Below, piece after piece: positions 49,843 to 60,613 of a stretch of 64,000 nt of DNA. The DNA lies in assembly GCA_003279535.1 (NCBI GenBank), contig QCHO01000001.1:26375-90374 (forward strand). The letters are read 5' to 3'. The notes under the pieces are model-generated. The model had not been told where the DNA came from. It saw nothing but the letters and a program-made list of their open reading frames with translations, and did no database searches. A program made the position numbers and the translations under genes. Numbering within the stretch: position 1 is the first letter of the stretch; the number at the start of each line of letters is the position of its first letter. Origin of the DNA: Prochlorococcus sp. AG-402-C22 (GTDB lineage Bacteria; Cyanobacteriota; Cyanobacteriia; PCC-6307; Cyanobiaceae).

Positions 49843-49989
49843 ATGAACGATGACAATCAACCAAGATTTGGATTTGTGAATTTCGCCGAAACCTGGAATG
49901 GTCGTATGGCTATGATGGGTATTTTGATTGGGTTAGGAACTGAACTAATTACTGGACAAAGCATTTTACGACAAATTGGCATAGGCTAA
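49843..49989 (+). CDS. hli: High-light-inducible protein (48 aa)
   Basis: Manual translation MNDDNQPRFGFVNFAETWNGRMAMMGILIGLGTELITGQSILRQIGIG*; AExxNGRxAMxG motif; missing from ORF track. Confidence 0.95.
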   Translation: MNDDNQPRFGFVNFAETWNGRMAMMGILIGLGTELITGQSILRQIGIG

Positions 49990-49992
49990 GTT

Positions 49993-50334
49993 TTATTTAA
50001 CTTCTTCTGCATTTACTTCAATTGTTCTCTCACTCGGATTTTTATTAAATTTACTTTCTTTGTTTGTATCCTTTAGTTCTCCACCGCAGTTCATACAGGT
50101 ATCACTTAAACCTAGGGATATTGCTCCACAATTGTTACATGTATTGATTTTTGATTTATAAGAGTTAAAACCTATAAATAATATTAGTAATAAGAATATA
50201 GGAATTAAAAATAAAAGAAGTAGAATATTACCAAGAAAGCTGATAAAAAATTTTATTCCTAATGTAGATATTATGAAAAGCGTTATTAAAGTGTAAGTAA
50301 GCAAGGTTTTATTGCTTTTAAGGAAATAATCCAT
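49993..50334 (-). CDS. Membrane protein with C-terminal zinc ribbon
   Basis: Two hydrophobic segments then CNNC-x10-CMNC. Confidence 0.75.
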   Translation of the reverse strand: MDYFLKSNKTLLTYTLITLFIISTLGIKFFISFLGNILLLLFLIPIFLLLILFIGFNSYKSKINTCNNCGAISLGLSDTCMNCGGELKDTNKESKFNKNPSERTIEVNAEEVK

Positions 50335-50338
50335 TCTT

Positions 50339-51259
50339 CTAAGATATCTTTTTTATCCTTTTTTTATTTACTAGAGACATACTAGCAATAACAACACTCC
50401 AGCACTGTCCAAAATATAAAATTACTCCTAAAAGCCATACCCATAAAGTAAGTACAAGAAAACCCCCAATAAAACCATAAGCTTGAAACCTTACTCCTAG
50501 CGAGAGAATACTTTTACTTACCGCAAGGTTCAAGGTGGTTAGACCAATTCCAATAAGAAAAGATCCAGGCAAAAGTGGCCTCAAAGGAACTTTTCTACTA
50601 GGTAAGAGAGCTTGTAACATAAGGGCCATTAAAGAAAAGCCAATTAGTGGTATGGCAAATTGACCAACTTGTAAAAGAGGCAATTTCAGTAATAAATGAG
50701 AAATAAGATTATTGGATTTTGAAATATTTTCTAAGACATTAGTTGGTATCATTCTAAGATTCGCACTAATCTGATCTAATACCATTAGAAAACCTATAAA
50801 GAATACTATTAAAAAAGCTTCAACTCTATTTCGAAGAAACCTTGATGCTTGTTCTCTCCACGCAGCATTTACTTTTTTAGAGGGAAGTTCGTCTTCCCAT
50901 AGCCTATCTGAACCTCGTTGGAGAGATAAATATGCATTTCCCGCTGTAAAAAGCAAAAACATTGCGCCAAGAATACCTGCGCCAAAACCTTGATCAATTA
51001 ATTTAAATAATGTTGTTTCTACTAATTCAACTACAGAAGGAGGTAAGATCTGAGCTGCAACAGAAATTATTTGTTGATCTAGACCTTCTTGTTTACCTAG
51101 AAACCATGATGCTATTGAAAGAGAGATTAGGAGAATAGGAAAAAATGATTGTAGTGTGTAGTACGCAAATGCAGCACTTAAATCAATACAATCAGATTTG
51201 CTCCATCTCTCACAAGCACCCCACAAACTTTTTAGTATCCAGGTTGTGCTTCGCTGCAT
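50339..51259 (-). CDS. YihY/BrkB family membrane protein
   Basis: LSAAFAYYTLQSFFP, AYGFIGG...LWVW...YFG; ATG 51259. Confidence 0.9.
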   Translation of the reverse strand: MQRSTTWILKSLWGACERWSKSDCIDLSAAFAYYTLQSFFPILLISLSIASWFLGKQEGLDQQIISVAAQILPPSVVELVETTLFKLIDQGFGAGILGAMFLLFTAGNAYLSLQRGSDRLWEDELPSKKVNAAWREQASRFLRNRVEAFLIVFFIGFLMVLDQISANLRMIPTNVLENISKSNNLISHLLLKLPLLQVGQFAIPLIGFSLMALMLQALLPSRKVPLRPLLPGSFLIGIGLTTLNLAVSKSILSLGVRFQAYGFIGGFLVLTLWVWLLGVILYFGQCWSVVIASMSLVNKKRIKKIS

Positions 51260-51346
51260 ATTGATTCTCTTCAAATACCTATCATATCTACTTTTAATTG
51301 TATCTAATAAAGCAATTTTTCAAGGAATTATTTATTTATGATGTAA

Positions 51347-52147
51347 CTAGTTTTCTAATAGTAAATTACCCCAAGGTCTTAAGATTTTAATTTTTTCTAT
51401 GGATCTACCAGCAACTAATGGGAAATTAACATTGCTCAAGTTTTGTCCTGGTACTAAATTTAAAGGATTTGTTTCTAACCACTCTATTGAACATTTAAGT
51501 TCTTCTAATAATAACCAGGCTGCTGCAATATCCCATATCTTTGGTGTTGACTCAATAGCTCCAAAAGTTTGTCCCATCGCCACACTTGTTAAATTTAAAC
51601 TGGATACACCTAAGAGCCTTATTTTTCCAGGAAATATTGAATTTGGTTTTTTTTGTAAGATTTTTATAGATCTACTACATAAAGATACGCATGCACTTCT
51701 TTGGTTATTGATATTAGGCTCAATCTTAGTGTTATTTAACCATACGCCCTCGCCTTGAATAGATAAAAATTTTTTCTTTAATGTAGGAATAATCAAAAAA
51801 GAAGATTGAGGTTTACCGGCTACGAATCTGGCAATTGATATAGACCAATATGGAATACCAGCAGCAAAATTTGTTGTCCCATCCAGTGGGTCAACTATCC
51901 AATAGGCATCGCTATGAGGAATTAATTTATCCCCTTCTTCGCTAAGAACTCCCTCTTTTGGTGCAATTGAGGAAAGACCATTTACTATAGTTTTATCACT
52001 CCATAAATCACAACTTGTAATCAAAGATCCATCTGGTTTATTACTTGCACTTATATTTCCAAAGTCTTTTAGTTGACGCTCGCTAACCAAATCAAATAAT
52101 GAATCTAATTCTTTTAATTGTTTTTTTGTTAACTTATTTGTTTGCAT
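51347..52147 (-). CDS. Inositol monophosphatase family protein
   Basis: SEE, WIVDPLDGTTNF, WDIAAA. Confidence 0.93.
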   Translation of the reverse strand: MQTNKLTKKQLKELDSLFDLVSERQLKDFGNISASNKPDGSLITSCDLWSDKTIVNGLSSIAPKEGVLSEEGDKLIPHSDAYWIVDPLDGTTNFAAGIPYWSISIARFVAGKPQSSFLIIPTLKKKFLSIQGEGVWLNNTKIEPNINNQRSACVSLCSRSIKILQKKPNSIFPGKIRLLGVSSLNLTSVAMGQTFGAIESTPKIWDIAAAWLLLEELKCSIEWLETNPLNLVPGQNLSNVNFPLVAGRSIEKIKILRPWGNLLLEN

Positions 52148-53581
52148 TTAGATATCGCATATTGAATAGGGTTGATCATTACTTTTATCAATTGATTGAT
52201 CGGTACAATTTGTATTTATTTTAAGAAAAGTTAATCTCTCAAGCTGATCTAAATTTAAATTATATTTATAAATTGCGTCAATATTTTTAGACCTTGCGTC
52301 GCTTAATTCTTTTTGTCTGATGAGAACATCTTTCAGAGTTGAGATTCCCACTTCATATCTTAATCTAGATAATCTTAAGGATTCTTTAGTAGAAGATAAT
52401 TCATCTAATGTAGAAAGTATTTTTGCTTGATTCAATTTTAAATTTAGATGTGCTTTACTAATATTTGATTTAAGAATATTTTGAAAATTAACATATGAAA
52501 AATTTTCTGCCTTAGCAGATGCTTTTTGTGATTTAGAAGAATTTTTATTTTGACCGCCATCAAAGATGTTCCAAGAAAAATTTAGGCTTATTGTATTTGT
52601 ATAAGAAGATCCATATTCATCACTATCGATTAATGTTGAAGTTAACGAATCACCTTTAGTAAAAGATGAAGAAAAAGTATTACTAATAAAAATTTTTGGT
52701 TTATTAGCATTAAGGAAATTTTTTGCCTGGTTTTGCTTAATTTTTTCTTGAATTCTAGTGTTTTTTAAAGATAGATTACTTTGTAATCCATTTTTTAAAT
52801 TTGTTTCGAGATCATAATTCCAGTAGCCTTTTAAAGCTTGTTTTCTTTCTATATTAAAACCTTCTTTTATATTTAATATCTCTTTAAGCGCAAGCTTATT
52901 AATTTTTTGTTGAATTTTTTTTTCATTAAGAAACTGCATATCTCTCGTTAATTGAGCATTAGCTTCAAGAACTTCGAACTTCGTACCAATTCCAGTTTCT
53001 AACTTTGATTCCGCATCTTTAAGACTTTGAATTGATAAATCTAGAGTAATTTCTTTATTTATTACATCTTGATATGATTTTTGCAGGTCATGATATCGAC
53101 TCTTTGCTTCTTGGATTAAATCTCTTTTTTTTATGTCATAGTTATTTTGTGCTATTTCATAATTCAACTTTGCTATTTTAATTTCATTACCTCTGAGAGG
53201 ATCAATCAGATCTAAGTTCAGTCTTAAAGAGGGGTTGACTGACAATTGTGAAGTTTTTGTATTTCCAGAGTTGCTATTGTAAGTTCTACCTACTTGATAT
53301 TGTGGTAATCCATTCACATTAAAATCTAAGGTCGGATTTCTCTTTGCCAACTTACTGTTGAGATTAAATTTTGCGGACAATACTAGTTCATTTAGTGATT
53401 TTAGTTCTTGATTATTGTTCAAAATGATTTTATTAATATCTGAATAACTAATTAAATTTTCTCGTTCTTTTGTGGAATTGATTAGTTTGGTTTCATCCTT
53501 ATTTTGACTAAATAGTACGTTATTGGAGTCAAAAAATAAAAAAAATGGTATTAAAAATGTATGTATTAATTTTCTATGCAT
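52148..53581 (-). CDS. tolC: TolC family outer-membrane efflux protein
   Basis: Signal peptide, two OEP repeats (GIGTKFEVLEA; RYEVGISTLKDVL), WNIFDGG. Confidence 0.9.
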   Translation of the reverse strand: MHRKLIHTFLIPFFLFFDSNNVLFSQNKDETKLINSTKERENLISYSDINKIILNNNQELKSLNELVLSAKFNLNSKLAKRNPTLDFNVNGLPQYQVGRTYNSNSGNTKTSQLSVNPSLRLNLDLIDPLRGNEIKIAKLNYEIAQNNYDIKKRDLIQEAKSRYHDLQKSYQDVINKEITLDLSIQSLKDAESKLETGIGTKFEVLEANAQLTRDMQFLNEKKIQQKINKLALKEILNIKEGFNIERKQALKGYWNYDLETNLKNGLQSNLSLKNTRIQEKIKQNQAKNFLNANKPKIFISNTFSSSFTKGDSLTSTLIDSDEYGSSYTNTISLNFSWNIFDGGQNKNSSKSQKASAKAENFSYVNFQNILKSNISKAHLNLKLNQAKILSTLDELSSTKESLRLSRLRYEVGISTLKDVLIRQKELSDARSKNIDAIYKYNLNLDQLERLTFLKINTNCTDQSIDKSNDQPYSICDI

Positions 53582-53584
53582 AAT

Positions 53585-54985
53585 CTAGAATTCTTGACTT
53601 TTTGATATACCAATCAGAGTATTAATAATATCATCTGGGTTATCAAGAATGTGAATTTTTGTATTCAGAATTTGTGAGACTTCACTTATGTTTTTGTCGT
53701 CCAAAAATAATTCACTATTATGCTTTAACATAATTGATGGAATAAAAACTGCTTCTCCAAGATCTTTTTTAGATAATCCGTGAATTAAATCTTCACCAGT
53801 TAGAAGTCCTGTAACGACTTGTTCTTGACCCCAATAAATGCTTGGTAGACCATATAATTTAATAGTTAATCCATCTATGAGATTTAACTTTTCTACTGTT
53901 GGAATAAGTGCTTCATAAACTAATTTCCCTACAATCCAACTAACTTTTCTGATTTTATTGATTTTCTTCGGTAAGTTACGAGTTTTAATAGTTAATATTT
54001 TAAGAAAACTTCTAATCGATCCTACTCCATTTGATTCTTGTGGCATATTTTCGTAGGTTGTGTGACTAGGTAAATTTATACCTGCTATTAAATACCATTC
54101 GTCTGCTAGCCAACAAAAACGAGTCCCAAGACTAATTTGTAAAGATGCTTGAATCTTCTCTACTTGTTTTATAGTTTTTATTGCGTATTCTGAGCTTATT
54201 GATTTCAATCCATCATTTTCAGGTCTAAATTTTGTAAGTCCTACAGGAACTATTGCCACTGAAAGCACTGTTTTAGAAGTTTGTTTATGGAATTCTGCAA
54301 GTTCAAAAATTGATTTTTCAAGAACTTCTCCATCATTTATATCTGGACATACAACAATTTGAGCATGTATTTGAATCGAGTTTTTTTCAAACCAAGAGAT
54401 TTGATCAAGAATTACGCCTGCTTTTTTATTTTTTAATAATTTTTTTCTAATTTCAGGATCAGTTGCATGAACAGAAATAAAAAGTGGGGATAGTTTTTGT
54501 GTAGAAATTCTTTCCCAATCTTCTTTTTTTAAATTCGTAAGAGTTAGATAAGAGCCATATAGGAAACTTAATCTATAATCATCATCTTTTACGTAAAGGC
54601 TTTTTCTTTTACCGCTTGGCTGTTGATCTATAAAACAAAATGGACATTTATTATTGCACTGCTTTATTGAATCAAATAATGCATCTTTAAAATTTATACC
54701 TAAATTGACATCTTGATCTTTTTCAATACTTATATTATGAATTTCATCATTTTTATCTAAAACTGATATGTCTAAAACTTCTTCACTAATTAGAATCTGA
54801 TAATCAATCAAATCTCTTGGTTTTTTTCCATTTATACTAATAATGGAATCACCTGATTCGAATCCTATTTGTTGAGCAATGGAATTAGCTTCAATACTTT
54901 CAATTTCTGCAGGGCTTATTTTATAAGTAATATTGGGAATCAAAAGATCATTCGATTCTTCTTTGTAATTAATTTCTTTCCACAC
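53585..54985 (-). CDS. PDZ-containing radical SAM protein (TIGR03279-type)
   Basis: N-terminal PDZ-like (GDSIISING), CNNKCPFC, KDDDYRLSFLYG, VPVGLT. Confidence 0.88.
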   Translation of the reverse strand: MWKEINYKEESNDLLIPNITYKISPAEIESIEANSIAQQIGFESGDSIISINGKKPRDLIDYQILISEEVLDISVLDKNDEIHNISIEKDQDVNLGINFKDALFDSIKQCNNKCPFCFIDQQPSGKRKSLYVKDDDYRLSFLYGSYLTLTNLKKEDWERISTQKLSPLFISVHATDPEIRKKLLKNKKAGVILDQISWFEKNSIQIHAQIVVCPDINDGEVLEKSIFELAEFHKQTSKTVLSVAIVPVGLTKFRPENDGLKSISSEYAIKTIKQVEKIQASLQISLGTRFCWLADEWYLIAGINLPSHTTYENMPQESNGVGSIRSFLKILTIKTRNLPKKINKIRKVSWIVGKLVYEALIPTVEKLNLIDGLTIKLYGLPSIYWGQEQVVTGLLTGEDLIHGLSKKDLGEAVFIPSIMLKHNSELFLDDKNISEVSQILNTKIHILDNPDDIINTLIGISKSQEF

Positions 54986-55172
54986 AATTAAATTTTAAAT
55001 ATTCTTCTTTATTTTTATTCTAAACTCATATATGACTCAAAGTGTATTAAATACTTTTAAAATACTAAATATCGTTTTCAAATTAGGGGCCTTTAATTTA
55101 TTAAAATATGGCATTCGCAGTTTTTTAAAACACGATTTAAATTAATTAAAATAACTTAATAAGTTTTATTCA

Positions 55173-55940
55173 TTGAAAGAATTAATTACAAAAAATTTAG
55201 AAGTGAAAGATAAATTGAACTATGAATTTCATAAATCACCTGATGCAGATGAAAGTACTCTTTTATCAAGGCCAATTTCTCTAAGATTGTGGACTTCTTT
55301 TTTTGTAATTTTACCTATATTTGTTCAAGCCCCTTGGGTTAGATTAGAACCAATTAGTGCTCTTTGTTTTACATTTATAATCCTCCTAGTAGCATATTTT
55401 TTGCATAAAAAAGAATCAAATAAATGTTTCATTATCAGTTCATTATTATTTGGTGTATCAGGTAGTTGGCTAGGTGGATGTTTGTTCTGGGGATGGTTAA
55501 GCCCATTTCCTATCCTACATATTCCTGTTGAAGCTGTAGTCCTCCCATTAGCTTTAATTGGCCTTGGTACTAATTGGAGAATTGGTTCTAGTTTTTATAT
55601 ATCTTCTTTATTTGGAACTGCAGTTACTGACATTACAATATTTTTGGTCGGAATTATGGATCAATGGAAGCAGGTCATAACAGCAGATTCTGAAAATGCA
55701 CCTCTAATTCTTCAAAAAACCTCAGAAAATCTTATTCAAATAAAATCATTATCTATAATTTTTTTTGCTGCACTAATACTTTGGGTTATTTCAAAAGAAA
55801 TTTTTGATTCTGCGACTATTAATACTACTAATGGTAAAGCACTATTGGTTACCAGTTATGTAATTCAAACGACAATAATTGTTGATGGTATTTTTGTCTT
55901 TTTAGCAATTCTACAACCAACTTTGAGTGGATTGGTTTAA
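55173..55940 (+). CDS. DUF3120-like membrane protein
   Basis: PIFVQAPWVR, SWLGGCLFWGW, HIPVEA, GTAVTD. Confidence 0.8.
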   Translation: MKELITKNLEVKDKLNYEFHKSPDADESTLLSRPISLRLWTSFFVILPIFVQAPWVRLEPISALCFTFIILLVAYFLHKKESNKCFIISSLLFGVSGSWLGGCLFWGWLSPFPILHIPVEAVVLPLALIGLGTNWRIGSSFYISSLFGTAVTDITIFLVGIMDQWKQVITADSENAPLILQKTSENLIQIKSLSIIFFAALILWVISKEIFDSATINTTNGKALLVTSYVIQTTIIVDGIFVFLAILQPTLSGLV

Positions 55941-57607
55941 TGCTTAGGGCTCCATTTTCACAAGAACCCATACCAATAAATAATTGGGATGTAATAGTGG
56001 TTGGTGCTGGGGCTGCGGGCCTTATGACTTGTCTTGAATTACCTGCAAGTTTAAAAGTACTTCTTTTAAATAGAAATACTAGTAAAGTATCTTCTAGTAG
56101 ATGGGCTCAAGGAGGAATAGCATCTGTCATCAGACAAGATGATTCATTTGATCTTCATGCAAATGACACTTTAAAGGCAGGAGATGGACTATGTGATTTT
56201 CAAGCAGTAGAAATGCTGGTTAAAGAAGCCCCAGTTTGTGTAGATAGGTTGCAGAATTTAGGAATGATTTTTGATCAAAGTTCTGATCAACTAGCTACTA
56301 CTTTAGAAGCAGCCCATTCTCGAAGGAGAGTCTTGCATGTTAAAGATCGTACTGGCAGAGCATTAGTTGAAGTTCTAGAAGATCATATTGAGAATGAAAA
56401 AAATATTCTTCATTGTAGGGGTGTAAGAGTAACTAAACTTCTTATTGAAAACGAAGAATGTAAAGGAGTTCAGGTTCTTGATGGAGCGAATTTATATTTT
56501 ATTCAAGCGAGAGCTGTTGTTTTAGCTACAGGTGGAGGTGGCCACTTATTTACTAATACTACTAATCCTGCTCAATCCTCTGGAGAGGGTATAGCTCTTG
56601 CATGGAAAGCAGGAGCTGCTATTGAAGATTTAGAGTTTGTTCAATTTCATCCAACCGCTTTAAAATTTTATGGTGCACCTTGTTTCTTAATATCTGAGGC
56701 ACTTAGAGGAGAAGGCGCTATCTTAGTTGATAAAAATGGTGAAAGCCCAGTTAAAAATCTTAAAGATCGCGATTTAGCTACTAGAGATCAGGTTAGTAGA
56801 GCAATTATGAAGAATATGCATGATAATAATATTGATCATGTTGGTCTAGATCTTCGGTACATTGATCCAGAAAAAATTGTAGAACGATTTCCAACTATCC
56901 TAAGTCGATGTTTGGATTATGGTGTTAACCCTCTAAATGAGGTTATTCCTGTTGCACCTGCAGCTCACTATTGGATGGGAGGTGTTAAAACTGATTTAAA
57001 TGCATCTACCACAAGAAAAGGATTATATGCCGTGGGAGAAGTTGCCTCAACAGGTGTACACGGTGCTAATAGATTGGCAAGTAATTCATTGATGGAATGT
57101 CTTGTTTTTGCAAGAAAAATGTCTTCTATTGTTTTGAATGATCGTCCCAAATTCGCAAGATTTGATAGATCGTTCCAAAAGTTTGATATTCAAGATCCTA
57201 AAGAAGATCAAATATCTAAAATTGCGGAAAAAATTGATGAATTAAGAAAACTTTGTTGGTCCAATCTAGGGGTGTCTCGAAATAAGATAAATATGCGCAA
57301 ATTTCTACAAAAAACTCAAGATGATATGGCTCAATTGCAAAAAAATGATTTACTAAATAATCTTGAAAAAATAAAATTAGATCAAACAATCAAATTCAGT
57401 GAACGCAATAGGAGAGCTCTTAATTTATTACTTGATTTAAAGAATAGACAAATAACGACAATTACTTTATTAAATGCATGTCTATTTAGAGAGGAGAGTA
57501 GAGGAGGGCATTATAGGGTAGATTTTCCAGAGAAAGATAAAAATTGGGAATGCCATACTAGACAAAAATTAGATCAAACTATAAAAAAAAGATTTATTAA
57601 AAGTTAG
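55940..57607 (+). CDS. nadB: L-aspartate oxidase
   Basis: WAQGGIA, EAAHSRRR, QFHPT, SEALRGEG, GVHGANRLASNSL. Confidence 0.95.
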   Translation: MLRAPFSQEPIPINNWDVIVVGAGAAGLMTCLELPASLKVLLLNRNTSKVSSSRWAQGGIASVIRQDDSFDLHANDTLKAGDGLCDFQAVEMLVKEAPVCVDRLQNLGMIFDQSSDQLATTLEAAHSRRRVLHVKDRTGRALVEVLEDHIENEKNILHCRGVRVTKLLIENEECKGVQVLDGANLYFIQARAVVLATGGGGHLFTNTTNPAQSSGEGIALAWKAGAAIEDLEFVQFHPTALKFYGAPCFLISEALRGEGAILVDKNGESPVKNLKDRDLATRDQVSRAIMKNMHDNNIDHVGLDLRYIDPEKIVERFPTILSRCLDYGVNPLNEVIPVAPAAHYWMGGVKTDLNASTTRKGLYAVGEVASTGVHGANRLASNSLMECLVFARKMSSIVLNDRPKFARFDRSFQKFDIQDPKEDQISKIAEKIDELRKLCWSNLGVSRNKINMRKFLQKTQDDMAQLQKNDLLNNLEKIKLDQTIKFSERNRRALNLLLDLKNRQITTITLLNACLFREESRGGHYRVDFPEKDKNWECHTRQKLDQTIKKRFIKS

Positions 57608-58532
57608 AATTTCCTTGATAACTAGTCATTTTCGCTAAATCATTCAAGTCGCGTGTACCACTATAAATTTCTCCGTTTATTTCCCATGAAGGAAAGCCAC
57701 TAATTCCTTTAGTTTGGCAAAGCTCAAACTGATTGTCTTTTCCATCATTAGCACATTCAATAACTGTTAATTCTTTTACTGCCTCCTTACCAAATAGTTG
57801 TTTCTGATCGTGGCAATGGGGACACCAGTAAGCACTATACATAACAATATTGTTTTCTCTCAAAAATTTTGCAAATTTAATCTTCTGGGGCGAACTTGAT
57901 GTGGTAATTACCGGGGATATATTTTCAGTGGGAATTGGAATATCAATAGCATTTGAAGGGTCTACATTATTTGACCAAATTAGGCCACCGAGCAAAACAC
58001 TTATTGCGACTATGAAACCTCTAAAAATCATAGGTTCTCTACTTTCAAACTTTGCTCCAATGATAGAAATTATAAAGATAGAAAACGATAAAATTGCTGA
58101 AAGTATACAAAAAAAGCAATATGCTTGAATCTTAAAAAACATTATATTGAGTAACAAAAAGCTAAATGTAGAAGAGGCAGAAGAGATTATAAATATTAAC
58201 CACCATAAAAACTTATTTAGCGTTTCTTTTGGAGAAATTAAGTTAACTGAAAGTATTATTGTGATAACTAATATTGATAAATATGTTATGAATCCTGCTA
58301 ATGAGAGAGGAATATTAAAATCATTATTTTCAAATAAAGTACCCCAAGGACTATTTAAAACTGCTTCACAACCATTTTGTGTGCCTGGGCATGAAAGCGA
58401 TGTAAATAATCCCCAGTTTTTTAAAGTAATAGAACCTGTGTCAACTATCCCTATAGTGCTAAGAATTGCAATTATGATTTTTGGCCATTTCAAATCTTTT
58501 TTACTTCTACTTTTCAAAGTCTTTAGCGCCAT
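57597..58532 (-). CDS. VKOR-thioredoxin fusion (disulfide-forming, LTO1/SynDsbAB type)
   Basis: Loop Cys pair (CPGTQNGC), VLNSPW, CFFC, Trx domain YWCPHC, GFPSW. Confidence 0.92.
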   Translation of the reverse strand: MALKTLKSRSKKDLKWPKIIIAILSTIGIVDTGSITLKNWGLFTSLSCPGTQNGCEAVLNSPWGTLFENNDFNIPLSLAGFITYLSILVITIILSVNLISPKETLNKFLWWLIFIISSASSTFSFLLLNIMFFKIQAYCFFCILSAILSFSIFIISIIGAKFESREPMIFRGFIVAISVLLGGLIWSNNVDPSNAIDIPIPTENISPVITTSSSPQKIKFAKFLRENNIVMYSAYWCPHCHDQKQLFGKEAVKELTVIECANDGKDNQFELCQTKGISGFPSWEINGEIYSGTRDLNDLAKMTSYQGNSNF

Positions 58533-58640
58533 AAAAAATGAAAGTTTGTTATTTACATGATCTATCCTAATATTATCTTGGCATGTGAGTAAAATACGAA
58601 ATGCTTTTTGAATTTTGAATTTTTTAATTTTTTAAAGCTT

Positions 58641-60005
58641 GTGAAACAAAATAATCTCAACGTAAAAGACAAAAAACTTTCTAAGGTTGCATTCAGTCAT
58701 GTTGGTTGCGAGAAAAATCTTGTTGATACAGAACATATGCAAGGCTTATTAGATAAAGAGGGCTATGAAGTTGATAGTAATTTAGAGGATGCAAATGTTG
58801 TTGTTGTAAATACTTGCAGTTTTATTGAAACAGCTAGAGAGGAATCAATTAGGAAAATTTTAAAATATACGAATCAAGGAAAGGAAGTTATTGTTGCAGG
58901 CTGTTTGGCCCAGCATTTTAAAGAAGAACTTTTAAAAGAAATACCCGAAATAAAAGGTTTGGTTGGAACAGGAGATTATCAAAAGATAGCAAAGGTTTTG
59001 AACAGAGTAGAAAAAGGTGAAATCGTGAATGAAGTTTCAAGAATTCCTGAATTTATTGCTGATGAAGCAACACCTCGTTTTGTAGATGAAAAAAAATTTG
59101 TTGCTTATCTTCGAATTGCTGAGGGCTGTAATTATAATTGCGCTTTTTGTATTATTCCCAAGTTGAGAGGTCCTCAAAGAAGTAGAACAATAGACTCTAT
59201 AATTTCAGAAGCTAAAAGTCTTGCAAAGCAGGGTATTCAAGAAATCATACTAATTAGTCAAATAACAACTAATTATGGAAAAGACATTTATGGAAAACCT
59301 TCATTAGCTAAACTTCTGAATGAGCTTTCAAAAGTTCCAATTCCTTGGATAAGGATACATTATGCTTATCCAACTGGTTTAACTGATGAGGTGATTAAAG
59401 CCTTCAAAGATTCAAAAAATATAGTACCTTATTTTGACTTACCACTTCAGCATAGTCATCCTGATGTGTTGAAGAGTATGAATAGACCTTGGCAGGCTTC
59501 TTTGAATGAATCAATTTTGAGTAAAATCAGGCAAGTAATTCCATCTGCTGTATTAAGAACGAGTCTGATTGTTGGTTTCCCAGGAGAAAAAAAAGAACAT
59601 TTTGAACACCTTCTTAAATTTTTGGATAGGCACAAGTTTGATCATGTAGGAGTGTTTATTTTTTCTCCTGAGGAAGGAACTTCAGCTTTTGATTTACCAA
59701 ATAGAGTTTCCCCTGAGATCGCAGAGGCAAGAAAAGATAATGTTATTTCAGTTCAACAAAATATTTCTAAAAATAAAAATCAGTCATATGTCGGTTCAAA
59801 AATGAAGATTCTGGTAGAAAAAATATCTGATAATAATGAATTAATCGGTCGTTCTTACCATTTTGCTCCTGAAATTGACGGGAATGTTATTTTATCCATT
59901 AAAGATAGTAATGATTTGAAAAATTATATTGGTAAATTTGTTGAAGCAAATATTTGTTTTTCTGATGAATATGATTTGTATGGAGAGACTATTAAAATTT
60001 TGTAG
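58641..60005 (+). CDS. rimO: Ribosomal protein S12 methylthiotransferase
   Basis: [31 protein letters not shown]; GTG 58641. Confidence 0.95.
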   Translation: MKQNNLNVKDKKLSKVAFSHVGCEKNLVDTEHMQGLLDKEGYEVDSNLEDANVVVVNTCSFIETAREESIRKILKYTNQGKEVIVAGCLAQHFKEELLKEIPEIKGLVGTGDYQKIAKVLNRVEKGEIVNEVSRIPEFIADEATPRFVDEKKFVAYLRIAEGCNYNCAFCIIPKLRGPQRSRTIDSIISEAKSLAKQGIQEIILISQITTNYGKDIYGKPSLAKLLNELSKVPIPWIRIHYAYPTGLTDEVIKAFKDSKNIVPYFDLPLQHSHPDVLKSMNRPWQASLNESILSKIRQVIPSAVLRTSLIVGFPGEKKEHFEHLLKFLDRHKFDHVGVFIFSPEEGTSAFDLPNRVSPEIAEARKDNVISVQQNISKNKNQSYVGSKMKILVEKISDNNELIGRSYHFAPEIDGNVILSIKDSNDLKNYIGKFVEANICFSDEYDLYGETIKIL

Positions 60006-60009
60006 TTTT

Positions 60010-60102
60010 TTAAATTAATTTAACTGCCCTTAAGAGCTTATCTAATGCGAAAGCGGCCCCAAAACCAAAACCAATAAAAGCAAAATAGAAAATGATGTTC
60101 AT
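60010..60102 (-). CDS. petL: Cytochrome b6f subunit PetL
   Basis: Manual translation MNIIFYFAFIGFGFGAAFALDKLLRAVKLI*; 30 aa, single TM, terminal KLI. Confidence 0.85.
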   Translation of the reverse strand: MNIIFYFAFIGFGFGAAFALDKLLRAVKLI

Positions 60103-60166
60103 TAATTTCTTTATTTTTATATAATTTAACATCAGATCAAAAAATTAGATTTTTTCGTTTAATTTC

Positions 60167-60553
60167 TTAATCTTGAATATATGGTAATTTTTTGTATAAG
60201 CATTCCTCTGCTTTTTGTAATTCCCGACCTAGATATAGAGCATGATCAAATCTCGTTATTAAGTCATTTCTTTCTTCAGTGATTAATATTCCAAGTTGTT
60301 TTGCACTAATACCTTCAAAAACTTCATTACTAACTCTTTTATCTTTAGAGTCGCATTTAATTGGTTCATTTGTTTCTGGGTCAAGAGCATATCCCTCCTC
60401 ATTAATATTATTAAGAAAGTGCTGTAAAATTATTTTATTTTCTTCTAAATCAACTTTTATAATGAAATAACCGTTTGGATCTAAGTCTATATATCTGTTG
60501 GATAGATCATTATCAATCTTTATTTTTTCCTCCAGAGCTTTATTATAATCCAT
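60167..60553 (-). CDS. DUF4346 domain protein
   Basis: LDPNGYFII, DHALYLGRELQKAE, YIQD. Confidence 0.88.
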   Translation of the reverse strand: MDYNKALEEKIKIDNDLSNRYIDLDPNGYFIIKVDLEENKIILQHFLNNINEEGYALDPETNEPIKCDSKDKRVSNEVFEGISAKQLGILITEERNDLITRFDHALYLGRELQKAEECLYKKLPYIQD

Positions 60554-60613
60554 TTTGGAAAGTTAATAACAAACTATATTACCAAAATAATCTTTGGAAA
60601 ACTAAATAATTTT

